Positions 8,907-21,627 are shown, counted from the stretch's first letter. The stretch: 64,000 nucleotides of DNA from a bacterium Ga0077546 (GCA_943369735.1 CALROJ020000003.1:4701-68700), one strand, 5' to 3'. Numbers and translations are program-made. The notes: generated by a model from the letters alone, not told the origin.

Positions 8907-9173
8907 GTTTTTCCTAGTGAATTTTCCTAATACAAAGGTTCTATAAACAACTTTGTCTCGCTCTATCATAAAGCAACTGAGGCCGATGCATCGAGATATT
9001 GGGCATCCTGACATCGCCTCATTGGCGAGCAAATTTTTTTAGACCAATCAGTTTCACTGGCAGCAAGCGGAACATTTGATTATGGTGAGGGGCCTTGGCT
9101 GCTTGGGCCGGTAACATTTAACTAGTTGGAATTACCAAGAAAAAGACAAACAAGACAAAAAAAGGGTTGTGTC

Positions 9174-10382
9174 ATGACCACTAGTACAAGAGAGACCGTG
9201 ATTGTTGATGGACTGCGTACTCCTTTCGGCAAAATGGGCGGAGCCCTTGCCAACCTAAGCGCTGTGAAGCTAGCCAGCCCTTTGATAAAAGAGTTGGTAG
9301 CCCGCAACAAAATTGATCCAAGCATGATTGATGAAGTGATTATCGGTCAGGTTTTGCAAGCTGGTTGTGGCCAAATTCCTTCGAGACAAGCTTTGCTTGA
9401 CGCTGGTCTGCCAAATACTACCGAGTCAACCACAGTCAATAAAGTTTGCGCCTCCGGAATGAGAGCCGTAACTTTGGCTGACCTGCGCATCCGTGCCAAC
9501 GACGGCGACATCATTTTGGCTGGTGGCATGGAATCGATGAGTCAGGCTCCTTATTTAGTAGAGGCCAATTCTGCGCGATTTGGAAAGCGCATGGGCCATG
9601 TAGCCTTCAAAGACGCCATGTTGGCTGACGGTTTGGAATGTCCTGTGGCTAACGTGCACATGGCCGTTCACGGTGCCAAGGTTGCCGATGAGTTTGGAAT
9701 TGGGCGTGAAGCTCAAGATAAGTGGGCTCTGCGTAGTCATCAACTGGCTGTCAAAGCTATAGATTCTGGTGCCTTCACAAGCGAAATTTTGCCCATTGAA
9801 GTAGCTGCTGGTAAAGGGCAGGTCAAGAAGGTTGATCGTGATGAATCACCTCGTGCTGATACCACTATTGAAGCTCTAGCTAAGCTCAAGCCGGTCTTTG
9901 TCGAGAAAGGCTCGATTACTGCCGGCAATGCACCTGGTGTTAATGATGGTGCTTGTATGCTTTTGGTAATGAGTGCTGAAAAGGCCAAAGAACTGGGTCT
10001 TAAGCCTTTAGCCAAAATTGTTAGCCATGCATCGATTGGTCAAGATGTTCCCTACTTGGCTACAGTGCCGGCCCTTTCTACTGAGAAAGCTTTGAAAAAA
10101 GCGGGCTTGACTGTCAAAGATCTAGACCTGCTTGAAATCAATGAAGCTTTCGCCTCTGTTGCTCTCAAGTCAATGCAAATGCTGGGTATCGACGAAAGTA
10201 AAGTCAACGTCAATGGTGGCGCCGTTGCCCTAGGGCATCCAATTGGGGCCAGCGGTGCTCGAATATTGTTGACACTGGCTCGCGAGATGGAGCGGCGTGG
10301 TTCTAAATATGGCGCTGCGGCAATTTGTTCCGGTACTGCCCAGGGCGATTGTGTCATTCTCAGCCGCGTCGGCCTAGAATAA
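9174..10382 (+). CDS. acetyl-CoA C-acetyltransferase (thiolase II)
   Basis: Thiolase motifs NKVCASGMRAV (active-site Cys), GGMESMS, NEAFA and GGAVALGHPIGASGARIL. Start taken at ATG 9174 (MTTSTRETVIVDG) rather than TTG 9126. Confidence 0.9.
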   Translation: MTTSTRETVIVDGLRTPFGKMGGALANLSAVKLASPLIKELVARNKIDPSMIDEVIIGQVLQAGCGQIPSRQALLDAGLPNTTESTTVNKVCASGMRAVTLADLRIRANDGDIILAGGMESMSQAPYLVEANSARFGKRMGHVAFKDAMLADGLECPVANVHMAVHGAKVADEFGIGREAQDKWALRSHQLAVKAIDSGAFTSEILPIEVAAGKGQVKKVDRDESPRADTTIEALAKLKPVFVEKGSITAGNAPGVNDGACMLLVMSAEKAKELGLKPLAKIVSHASIGQDVPYLATVPALSTEKALKKAGLTVKDLDLLEINEAFASVALKSMQMLGIDESKVNVNGGAVALGHPIGASGARILLTLAREMERRGSKYGAAAICSGTAQGDCVILSRVGLE

Positions 10383-10437
10383 ATCTAGATTAGAGCTAGA
10401 TTAAATCTAAGCTAGAACTAGACTAGATCTCGACTAA

Positions 10438-12606
<2,169 letters not shown>

Positions 12607-12640
12607 CAATAGCAAGACTGCATAGATAGGAAAATTCTAC

Positions 12641-13840
12641 TTGAGCAAGAGCTACCTCAAAGGCATCGACTTGAAAGCAAAATATAGATTGGCATTTGCG
12701 CCTGCCTTTTTGGCACTGCTTCAAATTGTTCCAGCGGGGGTTCTACCGCTGATCTCAACACCTGTCTTAATTGCAATATCCGCTGAGCTGGTAGTTTCAA
12801 GTTGTTTGCCTCAACCGGCTGAGGCTAAGAATAGTCAAAAAAACACTACTGACCCCGCCCTCAAGAATACTAAGCTCGGTAAACAGCTTTTTGAAAAAGA
12901 AGACTACGATTTGGCCATTGATGCCCTTTTGCAAGCAACCTATTTTGCTCGCAATGGCTATGCCCCAGAGGCTTTTTACTATTTAGGCAAGTGCTATATG
13001 GCTAAGGGGGAATATCTCAAGGCTTACGATGCTTTGAAGAAACATTTGAGCCAGAATGTATCAGGGGATGGCTGGGGTAATGTGGCTATGATAGAGACCC
13101 TTACCGCCCTGAAGCGCTACGATGAAGCTCGACCATATGTTGCTTTCGCTCTTAGCGGAACCACCTACCAGTCACCACTCGATCGCGCTGCGCATGTAGC
13201 GGCTGGAAAATTGGATGATGCTCAAGGTAATTTTTCTGCGGCTTGCGATCATTATCGTAGTTCCCTTGGTGAAGCTCCTTGGACATTTTTCGAAGGTTGG
13301 ATTGGCTTTTGCGAATGTCTCATGAAGATGAAAAAGTGGACGGAAGCCTACAAGTATCTTGACAAAATGCTTACTACAAATCAAACAATCAAGGGCTTGA
13401 ACTATGAACGCGTGCACCTTGATCTTGGCATTTGTTTGTTGGCCAAGGGCAATCACCAGGGTGCTATTGATAATTGGCACAAATGTCTTGAATACAATCA
13501 CGACAACAAAGAAGCACACCTGCAATTGGCCATGATACTCGAGTCTGAGAATCATATTTCCTCAGCAATTAAAGAGTATAGAAGTTTTGTGCGACTTAGT
13601 GATGACCCTAAAAATCATGCACCCGATAAAGAGATGCGCTCTAAGCAAGTAGAGACTCGTATTGCTTTGCTAGAAGAAAAACTCAATGCGGAAGCTCCGC
13701 CAGGGCGCGCTCAAATGTCACCATACATGCTGATGCAAGAGAAGAAAGCTGAGCAAGATCGTATTCGCCAGCAGCAGCAAGAACAGCAAAGGCAGATGGA
13801 AGAACAGATGAAGAGTCTGCCCAAAGACGCTGGCTTCTAG
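12641..13840 (+). CDS. TPR-repeat protein with N-terminal signal/anchor
   Basis: Several 34-aa TPR-like units (AFYYLGKCYMAKGEYLKAYDALKKHL etc.), a hydrophobic N-terminus and a Gln/Glu-rich tail. TTG start. Confidence 0.65.
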   Translation: MSKSYLKGIDLKAKYRLAFAPAFLALLQIVPAGVLPLISTPVLIAISAELVVSSCLPQPAEAKNSQKNTTDPALKNTKLGKQLFEKEDYDLAIDALLQATYFARNGYAPEAFYYLGKCYMAKGEYLKAYDALKKHLSQNVSGDGWGNVAMIETLTALKRYDEARPYVAFALSGTTYQSPLDRAAHVAAGKLDDAQGNFSAACDHYRSSLGEAPWTFFEGWIGFCECLMKMKKWTEAYKYLDKMLTTNQTIKGLNYERVHLDLGICLLAKGNHQGAIDNWHKCLEYNHDNKEAHLQLAMILESENHISSAIKEYRSFVRLSDDPKNHAPDKEMRSKQVETRIALLEEKLNAEAPPGRAQMSPYMLMQEKKAEQDRIRQQQQEQQRQMEEQMKSLPKDAGF

Positions 13841-13844
13841 AGAT

Positions 13845-14480
13845 CTACTTGTACCCTGCGGGAATGGAGAAGAGCGTTTCCTTTGGTTGACGGGAAATAT
13901 ATCGTGTCAGTATTGTGCTGCTCTTGCGGTTGGGGGTGGTGCTCGCTACTAAGCAGCCTGTTCGGTCGTTGAACCAAGACTCAACTTGTGAGTTCTTGTC
14001 GCCGTTTAAGAAAGTGCGGTAGCCGCGGCAAAGCATGCCCTTGATGGTTTTCTTTCCAAGATCTTCAGAATCGCGACTCTTGAACATTTCTTCGTCGAAC
14101 TCTTCTAGGCCTTGCTGGCTTAGATCTGCGGTCAGGTAAGTCTTTTGTCTTTCTTGGAGATAGTAGCGTTTCTTCTTGGGGAAGTCGTAGATGGTGACAC
14201 TAACAGCGGTGCTGTGAGGCATGGTTGCTTCATGGCGGACTTTACCTTGGCCGTCAGAGTAGACATACAAAATTGATAGACCAATAGGGCTTCTCTGCTC
14301 GTAGGCTGCTTCGTAGCGTGCCCGTGGAAAAGTCTTTGCTAGATCCCTGGTTGATTTATCGGAACCTGCCTCGATTTTGACAACCAGCGAGTAAATGGTC
14401 ATGCCGATGATGAAGGCGAGCACCACCCATAGTGGTGCAGTGCGAGCGCTAAATATTTGACCCGGCGAGAGAGAATTCAT
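13845..14480 (-). CDS. hypothetical membrane-anchored protein (possibly LolA/DUF4412-like fold)
   Basis: Long ORF with one N-terminal TM helix (LWVVLAFIIGMTIYSLVV). 4-nt overlap with the upstream gene. The fold guess is weak. Confidence 0.45.
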   Translation of the reverse strand: MNSLSPGQIFSARTAPLWVVLAFIIGMTIYSLVVKIEAGSDKSTRDLAKTFPRARYEAAYEQRSPIGLSILYVYSDGQGKVRHEATMPHSTAVSVTIYDFPKKKRYYLQERQKTYLTADLSQQGLEEFDEEMFKSRDSEDLGKKTIKGMLCRGYRTFLNGDKNSQVESWFNDRTGCLVASTTPNRKSSTILTRYISRQPKETLFSIPAGYK

Positions 14481-15121
14481 AGAGACAATTTCTTTTTCTT
14501 CATGGTGATCGAGAAGGCGAACTTTTCCGCTGTGTCCAGGCCGTCTTGGTCACCCTTAAACACTGTGCCCGTGACTACTAATATCCGTCCACGAGTGTAG
14601 GGCATGAGATAGTTAACCTGACAGATCTCTCTTTCCCCCAGCTTGCCTGCATGCATCAGTCTGGCACATTTAGCCCCAGATGGCAGTTTGATCATTTCAT
14701 TGCTAATGAGCTTGAAGTCATCGCACTGCTTCGGCAGGTCGTCAACCATTTCGTGGCTCATTTTGCTGAGATTACCCTTGGCTGGTCGGTCAGCGAGAAC
14801 AATATTGGCCTTGCCTTCGCCGCTCTGTCTGACGAGAATATCGTGGGGATATAGGGGGTTTTGTGTGACTTGCCAGCCCGGCGGCATAATGTATGAGAAA
14901 GCCTTGGAATAGTCAGTCTGGTATAGGTCTTGTTTGACCGGCTGCGCATTTCTTTTGTCGACTTGATCCTGCAAGGCTTTCTTCGCTTCCAGTGCTGAAT
15001 TTACCTTCGGATTTTTCGCCACAGCCTCGACTGCTCCTAGAGTGAAAAGGCTCATCAAGGTTAGGGGCGTGAGAATAACGGCAAGGCGCAACAGTGAGAT
15101 TCGCGAGGTTGAGCTGGTCAT
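14477..15121 (-). CDS. hypothetical secreted protein
   Basis: Signal-peptide-like N-terminus (LLRLAVILTPLTLMSLFTLGAVEAVA). No motif recognised. Confidence 0.5.
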   Translation of the reverse strand: MTSSTSRISLLRLAVILTPLTLMSLFTLGAVEAVAKNPKVNSALEAKKALQDQVDKRNAQPVKQDLYQTDYSKAFSYIMPPGWQVTQNPLYPHDILVRQSGEGKANIVLADRPAKGNLSKMSHEMVDDLPKQCDDFKLISNEMIKLPSGAKCARLMHAGKLGEREICQVNYLMPYTRGRILVVTGTVFKGDQDGLDTAEKFAFSITMKKKKLSL

Positions 15122-15374
15122 AAGAACCTAATTAAACAGAGGAATGTCAAATCAACGAAAAACAAACGAGGAAGAACAAAGCGAGGAAAATCTAACGCAT
15201 TTGTAGCACAACGGGCTAAAACTTAAGCCCAGCTTACTGAAAATATAGAATTGCCAACTATTTGAGAAGTGTTGCGAAGGTCCCTTCTGGGGTTTTCCCT
15301 GGGTTATGCTTGAGTTGACAAGGGAATATTTAAAAACAACTGTACAAATAAGGGTAAGCCTGAGGTACTAGAGA

Positions 15375-16442
15375 ATGCGCGCCCTCGAGGAAGTCACTGG
15401 CTCTAATAATGACTCAGCTAATAATGATTCAGCTATTTGTGATTCAGCTGCTAGTCATACAGCTGCTATTGCCGTTGACTGTGCCGGTGGACTATTGAAG
15501 CCCAGCTCCGGCATTGTCGTTTCGGGCATTACCAAGACCTACAAAGGGGGCAAAGTTAAGGCCCTCAACAATCTTTCATTAGAAGTTAAGCCTGGAGAAG
15601 CCCTCGGCCTAGTTGGCCCCAATGGCGCTGGTAAAACCACCCTTCTCAGCTGCTTGATGGGCTTTTTGAATGTTGACTCTGGTTCAATTCTTGTTGACGG
15701 CGAAGCTCCTGATGCTCTCGTTACCAGGAGGGTTTTGGGGTATTTGCCAGAGCGTCTGACATTCGATCGCTGGATGACTGGCCGTGACTACATGCAATAC
15801 CACCATGAATTGGCGGGAATGCCGGAAGCCACGCGTAAACTTGATTGCGAGGCTTTGCTCGAAAAAGTCGAGCTGCACCCGTCTACCTGGTCTGTGGCAG
15901 TAAAGAAATATTCGCGGGGTATGCTTCAGCGCCTAGGCTTTGCCCAGGCTTTGGTTGGCAATCCCCGCTATCTGCTGCTTGATGAGCCAGCTTCTGGTAT
16001 GGACCCACATGGGGTTATGATTGTGCGCCAATTGTTAAAGACCCTCAAAGAGGATGGTCTAACAATTTTGCTTAACTCTCACCAGTTGGATCAAATTGAG
16101 AAAGTTTGTGACCGGGTCATCTTTATCAAGTCTGGAACGGTTAGTCGGGTTGAAGACCTGAACGAGAAAGTTGAGCAAGAAGAGCATTTGCTGATTCGCT
16201 GGCTGGCTTCGGCCACGGCCCTTAGTAAAGATGATTTTGGTCGAGTAGCGCAAAAAGAGTGCTTGACCATCACTGAAATTAATTCTGATTTTGCCCGTGT
16301 CAGCACTGCTGGTAGTGCGGCCACCGTCAATCTCATCAAAGCACTGGTTACTGCTAATTTTCCTATCAGCGAAGTCAGACCAGAAGACACTAGGCTGGAA
16401 CGCCTCTTTATAAACTCTAGCCAAGAGGAGCGAAGCGCATGA
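15375..16442 (+). CDS. ABC transporter ATP-binding protein
   Basis: Walker A GPNGAGKTT, signature YSRGMLQRL and Walker B LLLDEPASGMD. GAGGT lies upstream of the ATG. The roughly 45-aa Asn/Asp/Ser/Ala-rich N-terminal extension is encoded by gattcagct-type repeats. Confidence 0.85.
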   Translation: MRALEEVTGSNNDSANNDSAICDSAASHTAAIAVDCAGGLLKPSSGIVVSGITKTYKGGKVKALNNLSLEVKPGEALGLVGPNGAGKTTLLSCLMGFLNVDSGSILVDGEAPDALVTRRVLGYLPERLTFDRWMTGRDYMQYHHELAGMPEATRKLDCEALLEKVELHPSTWSVAVKKYSRGMLQRLGFAQALVGNPRYLLLDEPASGMDPHGVMIVRQLLKTLKEDGLTILLNSHQLDQIEKVCDRVIFIKSGTVSRVEDLNEKVEQEEHLLIRWLASATALSKDDFGRVAQKECLTITEINSDFARVSTAGSAATVNLIKALVTANFPISEVRPEDTRLERLFINSSQEERSA

Positions 16443-17215
16443 ATAGAGCCGTTTGTATCACCACTTGGCGGGAGTTTAAGGCTAATAAAGTCAGGGTGAT
16501 TTTGCTTACACTCTTGTTTCTAGGCCCAATAGTAATGTTCACTTTGCAGCGCTGCAGTAGTCCTGAGGCGCTTAATGCCGACATGCTTTCTCATCCGATG
16601 ATGGCCAGTTTCTTTACCTTGCTCTGGGCTTCTGGAGTGATCGGTCGCGAGGTGCAAAATGGCACGATTGCCCTAGTGCTAGCTCGGCCCATCACTATCG
16701 CCAACTATGTTGTAAGCAAATGGTTTGCTGTAGGCTTTGCCGCATCACTTTGTTCCGTAGAGGCTGTCTTTTGTGAGCACATTATTTCAGCTGTTAATTG
16801 CCCGGCGCTCTTGTGGGCTCCCGAGTTTCTCGGCAATGGCCTTGAGCGCATCATTCTTTGTTTTGGTACTGCTGCCTTTCTGGTATTTCTATCTTCCCTT
16901 GTCTCTGGGCTAAAAGATCTGGCATTGCTGGCTGGTTTTGGCTTTATGTTTGTCTTGTACAGTGCCTTCGCCCACACCGTCTATCAACTCACCAGCTTCC
17001 TTCATTTCGACAATAATTTTGCTCTTTATTTTGGCCGCATTGTTGAGAATCTCTTTACTGCAATATTGTTTCCTTATGTGCCAATGTCGGTATTCTTGAC
17101 GGGTAGTTATTTCGCCTACGGTCCGGTTATTGCCCTCTTCACTCTGATAACTTTCTGTTTGTCGAGTGCGATCTGGGTGCTTACTCATCGGGAGTTTTCA
17201 TATGCAGCCGACTAA
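16439..17215 (+). CDS. ABC-2-type transporter permease
   Basis: ATGA overlap with the ATPase gene. About six hydrophobic helices. Confidence 0.6.
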   Translation: MNRAVCITTWREFKANKVRVILLTLLFLGPIVMFTLQRCSSPEALNADMLSHPMMASFFTLLWASGVIGREVQNGTIALVLARPITIANYVVSKWFAVGFAASLCSVEAVFCEHIISAVNCPALLWAPEFLGNGLERIILCFGTAAFLVFLSSLVSGLKDLALLAGFGFMFVLYSAFAHTVYQLTSFLHFDNNFALYFGRIVENLFTAILFPYVPMSVFLTGSYFAYGPVIALFTLITFCLSSAIWVLTHREFSYAAD

Positions 17216-18275
17216 ATCAAAGAGCACTAGATATCAGCCTAAAGGGCTTTACTTAGCTGCGGCGATCCTTTTAACTATCTCTGCTGTTTATAGCGTTAGT
17301 GATCAGTTCGCTGACGAGTGGTTAGACCCTTTCACTAATGGTCTTAATGGTTCTAGCCCGATTAAGTGGCGCTGCCGCGACGAAGCCCTGAGCGAATCGA
17401 AGCGCACGAAAAAGCCAATCTTGTATGCTTTTTTGGCGAGGCACGATAATGCATCTTTGCAAATGTACGGCCAAGGCTTTCATGATCAAAAAGTAGCTGA
17501 CTTAATCAATCAGAGTTTCATTCCTGTAAGAGTTGAGTTCAATCCTCGCAACTACACTCAAAAGTCGGCGCTTTATACGCAAGTGCACAATCAGTATGGT
17601 TATGCCTCTACCTGTCAGTTGCTTACAGTGCCAGCCCATATGACCGATATGTCATCGAGCGATCTTGAATCTAGTGCCAATCTCAGTGAGGCAGCTATAG
17701 ATAATACTCGTGGTCTTGAAGGTGGAGACCGCTACAACTATAACTACAATAGCCGTTACCGCAATGGCTATTTTCGCAGTGATGGCCAGGGCTTCAACGG
17801 TAATTCGCCTAAATTTATCGGCTATACAAATAAGCGTGAATTACTTGATTATCTCTACAACGCTCAACACTGGCATCGGCTGCCACCAACCAAGGGCAAA
17901 GTTGCTTGGTTGCCACTAGCCGTGGCCTCAGCTCCACTGACAAGCAAGCCTCGTCTGATTGCTTTTGTTGACAATGCTGGTACGGCCAGCGACAACATGC
18001 GCTTAGATACATTTTGGAACGCTAGAGACTATCAGCTAATCAATAAAGAGTTTGAGCCGGTTTTAGTCGAGTTTCGTCATGACGATGCTGCTTTTAACAT
18101 GCCCCTAGAACAGCTCAAAGCAAAATACGGCATTGCCACTTTGCCCGCTTTAGTTATTGACAGCAGTAAGTTTGCGGCCCCGATGGTTCAGTTTGGAAAT
18201 TCCAATAGCGTCAGTACCCATGAGTTTCTCAAGTCAGCCGTTAAGCAGGCGGCCGCGGCGCACCCAGAATACTAA
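17202..18275 (+). CDS. membrane-anchored protein with two thioredoxin-like modules lacking CxxC
   Basis: Two similar segments (KKPILYAFLARHD...IPVRVEF and KPRLIAFVDNAG...EPVLVEF) resemble thioredoxin-fold beta1-alpha1-beta2 regions but carry no redox cysteines. Start taken at ATG 17202. Confidence 0.35.
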   Translation: MQPTKSKSTRYQPKGLYLAAAILLTISAVYSVSDQFADEWLDPFTNGLNGSSPIKWRCRDEALSESKRTKKPILYAFLARHDNASLQMYGQGFHDQKVADLINQSFIPVRVEFNPRNYTQKSALYTQVHNQYGYASTCQLLTVPAHMTDMSSSDLESSANLSEAAIDNTRGLEGGDRYNYNYNSRYRNGYFRSDGQGFNGNSPKFIGYTNKRELLDYLYNAQHWHRLPPTKGKVAWLPLAVASAPLTSKPRLIAFVDNAGTASDNMRLDTFWNARDYQLINKEFEPVLVEFRHDDAAFNMPLEQLKAKYGIATLPALVIDSSKFAAPMVQFGNSNSVSTHEFLKSAVKQAAAAHPEY

Positions 18276-18306
18276 GGATTAGAAGGATCCTAGACAAAGC
18301 GGTAAA

Positions 18307-18340
18307 CTAATAAGAGTTAGCTTCAGTTAACTCTTATTAG
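18307..18340 (+). terminator. 13-bp perfect hairpin downstream of the 17202-18275 gene
   Basis: ctaataagagtta / gcttcagt / taactcttattag. AT-rich stem with no clean T-tract, so terminator function is uncertain. Confidence 0.4.
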
Positions 18341-18390
18341 CTCCTGTTTACTCCTGTTAGTTCCCGTTGAACCGTTTAAAAGGATCATTA

Positions 18391-19635
18391 ATGGCGCTCA
18401 CTACTGGCCACAAGACGATTGATGTAGACGGCAAAATCTTGCATATTCCGGAAGGCATTAACTACAGCTGTGCTGGCTGCGGTCGTTGTTGCAACGGTGT
18501 GGCTGTGCCCATGACTCAAGATGATTATGAACGCGTCTCTGCCATTGACTGGAGCAAGGAGCTGCCCCAATTTGATTGGAGCCGACAGTTCAGGATGCTC
18601 AGTGCTAAAGAGAACGACAGCTCCACTTATACTCATGCCATCAGGCCTACTGATGACGGCCATTGTCCTTTCTTGATCAACAAGCTTTGCCATATTCACG
18701 CCACTCGCGGCGAACACGTCAAACCTCTTATCTGTGGCCTCTTCCCCTATTCATTCAATAGCACTCCTTCGGGTGTTTATCTCACTGTAAGCTTCCGCAG
18801 CAATGCAGTGTTAGGCAATATGGGAACGCCACTGACCGAACAGATTGATACTCTCAAAGAAAAGTTTGCTGTTTACAACACCCTCTACACTTCGCGCTCA
18901 GTAATTTGGGATGCAGTCAAGCTGACTGTCGACAAACCAATCAGCTGGGATCAATATCTTGACTACGAGAAAGGAATTTTGGCAGCTCTAATCCGCGAAG
19001 ACCTTTCTTTGAAAGAGAGGATTTTTGCTGCTTCTGACTCTTTGTTTAAAGACATAAACAGGCCGCCAATGCCAGATACTATTGCCCCGCCCAAAGGCTT
19101 AGATAAGAAGTTTTTGGCTGGCTTGTTTGCTTTGTATTTCCCCAACGATGCCAAATATCTCAATAAAGATGTGGTCTTCAACGGCATCTCCTTTGCCCTT
19201 GATTTAGCACTGAAATCACCTAAGTTCAAAGTCGTTAATCGCTCATACAGCTTTGAAGAGCTAACTAATTTCCCTTGGCCAGAACAAAACTCTAAAGAAA
19301 ATTCTGAGAGCAAAGAAATCGATGACCTACTAACGCGTTTCTTGTACTCGCGAGTATTTGGCAAGTGGTATTTTGGTGGCGGCTTTGCCCAGCTAAGCGT
19401 TATTGCTGGCTTCCATCACCTTGCTCTTCTGATGCCACTAATGCGCATGCACGCTGCTGGCTTAGCCATTGCCCGTGGTGCGGCAAAAGTTGAAATGATT
19501 GATGTCATGGTAACTGTGCGGCAGCTTGAAGAGAAAGTACAAGAAGCTGTTCTCGATGGTTATAGTGCTGCTCTCTGGGAGCTAATACTCTTTGCCCCAG
19601 GCCGCCTGCGTCGACTTTTGAGCGCTAGTATTTAA
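18391..19635 (+). CDS. YkgJ/UPF0153-family cysteine-cluster (CxxCxxCC) protein with long C-terminal extension
   Basis: YSCAGCGRCCNG followed by HCPFL..KLC matches the putative Fe/Zn-chelating CxxCxxCC domain. Start taken at ATG 18391. Confidence 0.5.
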   Translation: MALTTGHKTIDVDGKILHIPEGINYSCAGCGRCCNGVAVPMTQDDYERVSAIDWSKELPQFDWSRQFRMLSAKENDSSTYTHAIRPTDDGHCPFLINKLCHIHATRGEHVKPLICGLFPYSFNSTPSGVYLTVSFRSNAVLGNMGTPLTEQIDTLKEKFAVYNTLYTSRSVIWDAVKLTVDKPISWDQYLDYEKGILAALIREDLSLKERIFAASDSLFKDINRPPMPDTIAPPKGLDKKFLAGLFALYFPNDAKYLNKDVVFNGISFALDLALKSPKFKVVNRSYSFEELTNFPWPEQNSKENSESKEIDDLLTRFLYSRVFGKWYFGGGFAQLSVIAGFHHLALLMPLMRMHAAGLAIARGAAKVEMIDVMVTVRQLEEKVQEAVLDGYSAALWELILFAPGRLRRLLSASI

Positions 19636-19702
19636 GGCCGTCTAATTTCGGTATTCGTTTGTTTTTTTTGTCGAAGGTCATCTCTCTTTGACCCAAACAA
19701 AA

Positions 19703-19732
19703 CTGTCATTTTTTCTTCAAAAAATCTGACAG
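19703..19732. terminator. imperfect hairpin in a convergent intergenic region
   Basis: ctgtcatttttt / cttc / aaaaaa(tc)tgacag. Confidence 0.4.
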
Positions 19733-19765
19733 CTTTGGAAACGCGCAATGTTAATGGCGATGGTA

Positions 19766-19801
19766 AAAAGGGAAGATTTTTTCGAAAAAATCTTCCCTTT
19801 T
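19766..19801. terminator. perfect 17-bp palindromic hairpin, likely bidirectional terminator
   Basis: aaaagggaagatttttt cg aaaaaatcttccctttt lies between convergent genes. A/T tracts flank it on both strands. Confidence 0.7.
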
Positions 19802-19864
19802 GAATTCGTTATTTGAAAGAAACAGAGGTTGACCTAGCAAGCTTAACGCTGGCAGCCAATAAGT

Positions 19865-20662
19865 CTATTTACCGGTGTATTGCGGTGTACGTTTCTCGAC
19901 GAAGGCTTTAACACCTTCGGCAAAATCGTCGGAGCGGCCAGCAATTTCTTGCAGGCTGGCTTCGTACTCAAGTAACTCTTCTAAATCATCGAAGACTGCG
20001 CGGTTGACAGCGCGCTTGGTTAAGCCAAAGGCTTTGGTTGGGCCAGCGGCTAGTTTTTCAGCCAGGGCGATAGCTTCTTTCATCAAGTCATCTTCACCAA
20101 CAATCTTGTTGACGATGCCTAATTTGAGCGCTTCTTCAGCACTGAGTTTGTCAGCGCTGAGCATTAGTTCGAAGGCTTTGGTTAGGCCAACCAAACGGGT
20201 CAATATGAAAGTGGCACCGGAATCGGGAATCAAGCCAACTTTGGTGAAAGACTGAATGAAATTGACTTTGTCTGTGACGATGCGGTAGTCGCAAGCAAAA
20301 GCAATACTGGCACCAGCACCGGCGGCAACACCATTGACTGCCGCGATGATTGGTTTCTCGATGCGGCGTAGTTTGATGACAATGGGGTTGTAGCGCCGAC
20401 GAATAGAATCGCCTAGAGAAGGCCGTTCGCCCATTTCCTGAGCGATGCTGCGGCTTTGCAAATCTTGTCCAGCGCAAAAACCACGACCAGCTGCTGTCAA
20501 AATGATGGCGCGGACTTCTTTATCTTTTTCCATCTCTTTGAGAGCGTCTTGGAGTTGAAAAGTCAGTTCATCGCTAAAGGCATTGAGTTTGTCCGGGCGG
20601 TTAAGTGTGATGATACCAACGCCGTTTTTCTTTTCTGTAAGTAAGATTTTTTCGTCAGACAT
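19865..20662 (-). CDS. enoyl-CoA hydratase/isomerase, PaaG-like
   Basis: Crotonase fold: ITLNRPDKLNAF, TAAGRGFCAGQDL, AAVNGVAAGAG. The RGFCAGQDL context resembles PaaG isomerases. Confidence 0.75.
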   Translation of the reverse strand: MSDEKILLTEKKNGVGIITLNRPDKLNAFSDELTFQLQDALKEMEKDKEVRAIILTAAGRGFCAGQDLQSRSIAQEMGERPSLGDSIRRRYNPIVIKLRRIEKPIIAAVNGVAAGAGASIAFACDYRIVTDKVNFIQSFTKVGLIPDSGATFILTRLVGLTKAFELMLSADKLSAEEALKLGIVNKIVGEDDLMKEAIALAEKLAAGPTKAFGLTKRAVNRAVFDDLEELLEYEASLQEIAGRSDDFAEGVKAFVEKRTPQYTGK

Positions 20663-20756
20663 TTTCTTTTCCTGAATTTAAAATTGAAGTTGAAATTGCA
20701 TTTGAAGGTGCTTTAAAAGTGAATCTGTGGCAGCTTTTTGAATCTTCTGCTAGCTG

Positions 20757-21575
20757 CTATTTGCCAGTAAAAGTAGCTTTGCGCTTTTCCATGAAAGCTT
20801 TCATGCCTTCTTTTTGATCTTCTGATGAAAATAGCATGTAGAAGTTCTTGCGCTCAAATTGCAAACCTTCTTGCAATGGGCCATCAAATGATTTTAGAAC
20901 AGCTTCTTTCGCTAGTTTTACAGCTATAGGTGATTTCGCTGCAATCTCTTTTGCCATAGCTTTGGCTTCTTCTAAATAGAGCTCGACTGGTGCAATTTTA
21001 TTTACTAGACCCATTTCTAGAGCTTCGCGAGCAGTTAGTGGGCGGCCAGTGAGAATTAATTCCATGGCTTTGTATTTGCCTAGTACGCGAGTCATGCGCT
21101 GTGTGCCACCAGCGCCAGGTATAACACCGAGATTGATTTCTGGTTGGCCAAATTGAGCAGTCTCAGAAGCAATGATAATGTCGCACATCATCATTAGTTC
21201 GCAGCCGCCACCAAGGGCAAAACCACTGACAGCGGCGATGATTGGCTTCTTGATATTTTTGATGCGGTCCCAAGTGGCAAATCTATCTTTGAGCATGATT
21301 GAAACTGTAGTTTCGTCTGACATTTCTTTGATGTCGGCGCCAGCAGCAAAAGCACGGTCGCTGCCGGTTAGCACAATTGCTCTTACTGAGTCGTCACGAT
21401 CAAAATCTTCCAGGGCGGTAACAAGCTCTTCCATCAATTCGTGGTTGAGGGCATTGAGAACAGTGGGGCGATGAAGGTTGACTACACCGATGTTGATTTC
21501 AGGTTGATCTGATTTGCCTGACTTGGCTCCCACGGCCTCTTTTGCAGTGAGAATGTTCTTGTATGTCATAGTCAT
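20757..21575 (-). CDS. enoyl-CoA hydratase (crotonase, PaaF/Crt-like)
   Basis: LHRPTVLNAL, GSDRAFAAGADIKEM, AAVSGFALGGGCELMMMCD. Start taken at the ATG 7 nt after AGGAGA (21575), because the track start at 21665 overlaps the upstream gene. Confidence 0.85.
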   Translation of the reverse strand: MTMTYKNILTAKEAVGAKSGKSDQPEINIGVVNLHRPTVLNALNHELMEELVTALEDFDRDDSVRAIVLTGSDRAFAAGADIKEMSDETTVSIMLKDRFATWDRIKNIKKPIIAAVSGFALGGGCELMMMCDIIIASETAQFGQPEINLGVIPGAGGTQRMTRVLGKYKAMELILTGRPLTAREALEMGLVNKIAPVELYLEEAKAMAKEIAAKSPIAVKLAKEAVLKSFDGPLQEGLQFERKNFYMLFSSEDQKEGMKAFMEKRKATFTGK

Positions 21576-21627
21576 CACCATCTCTCCTAATTGATCCTCC
21601 GGAAATTTTGCTTGTTTCAGACTTTTC

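Noticed and set aside
8907-9173. Longer N-terminal extensions suggested by the ORF track: 9032 for the RDD gene, 9126 for the thiolase, 21665 for the crotonase, 29271 for the 28150 gene and 50864 for the phosphoesterase.
   Set aside because: The extensions overlap neighbouring genes or the tRNA. They add non-homologous residues ahead of conserved N-termini or signal peptides. Better-placed start codons with Shine-Dalgarno-like sequences lie downstream.
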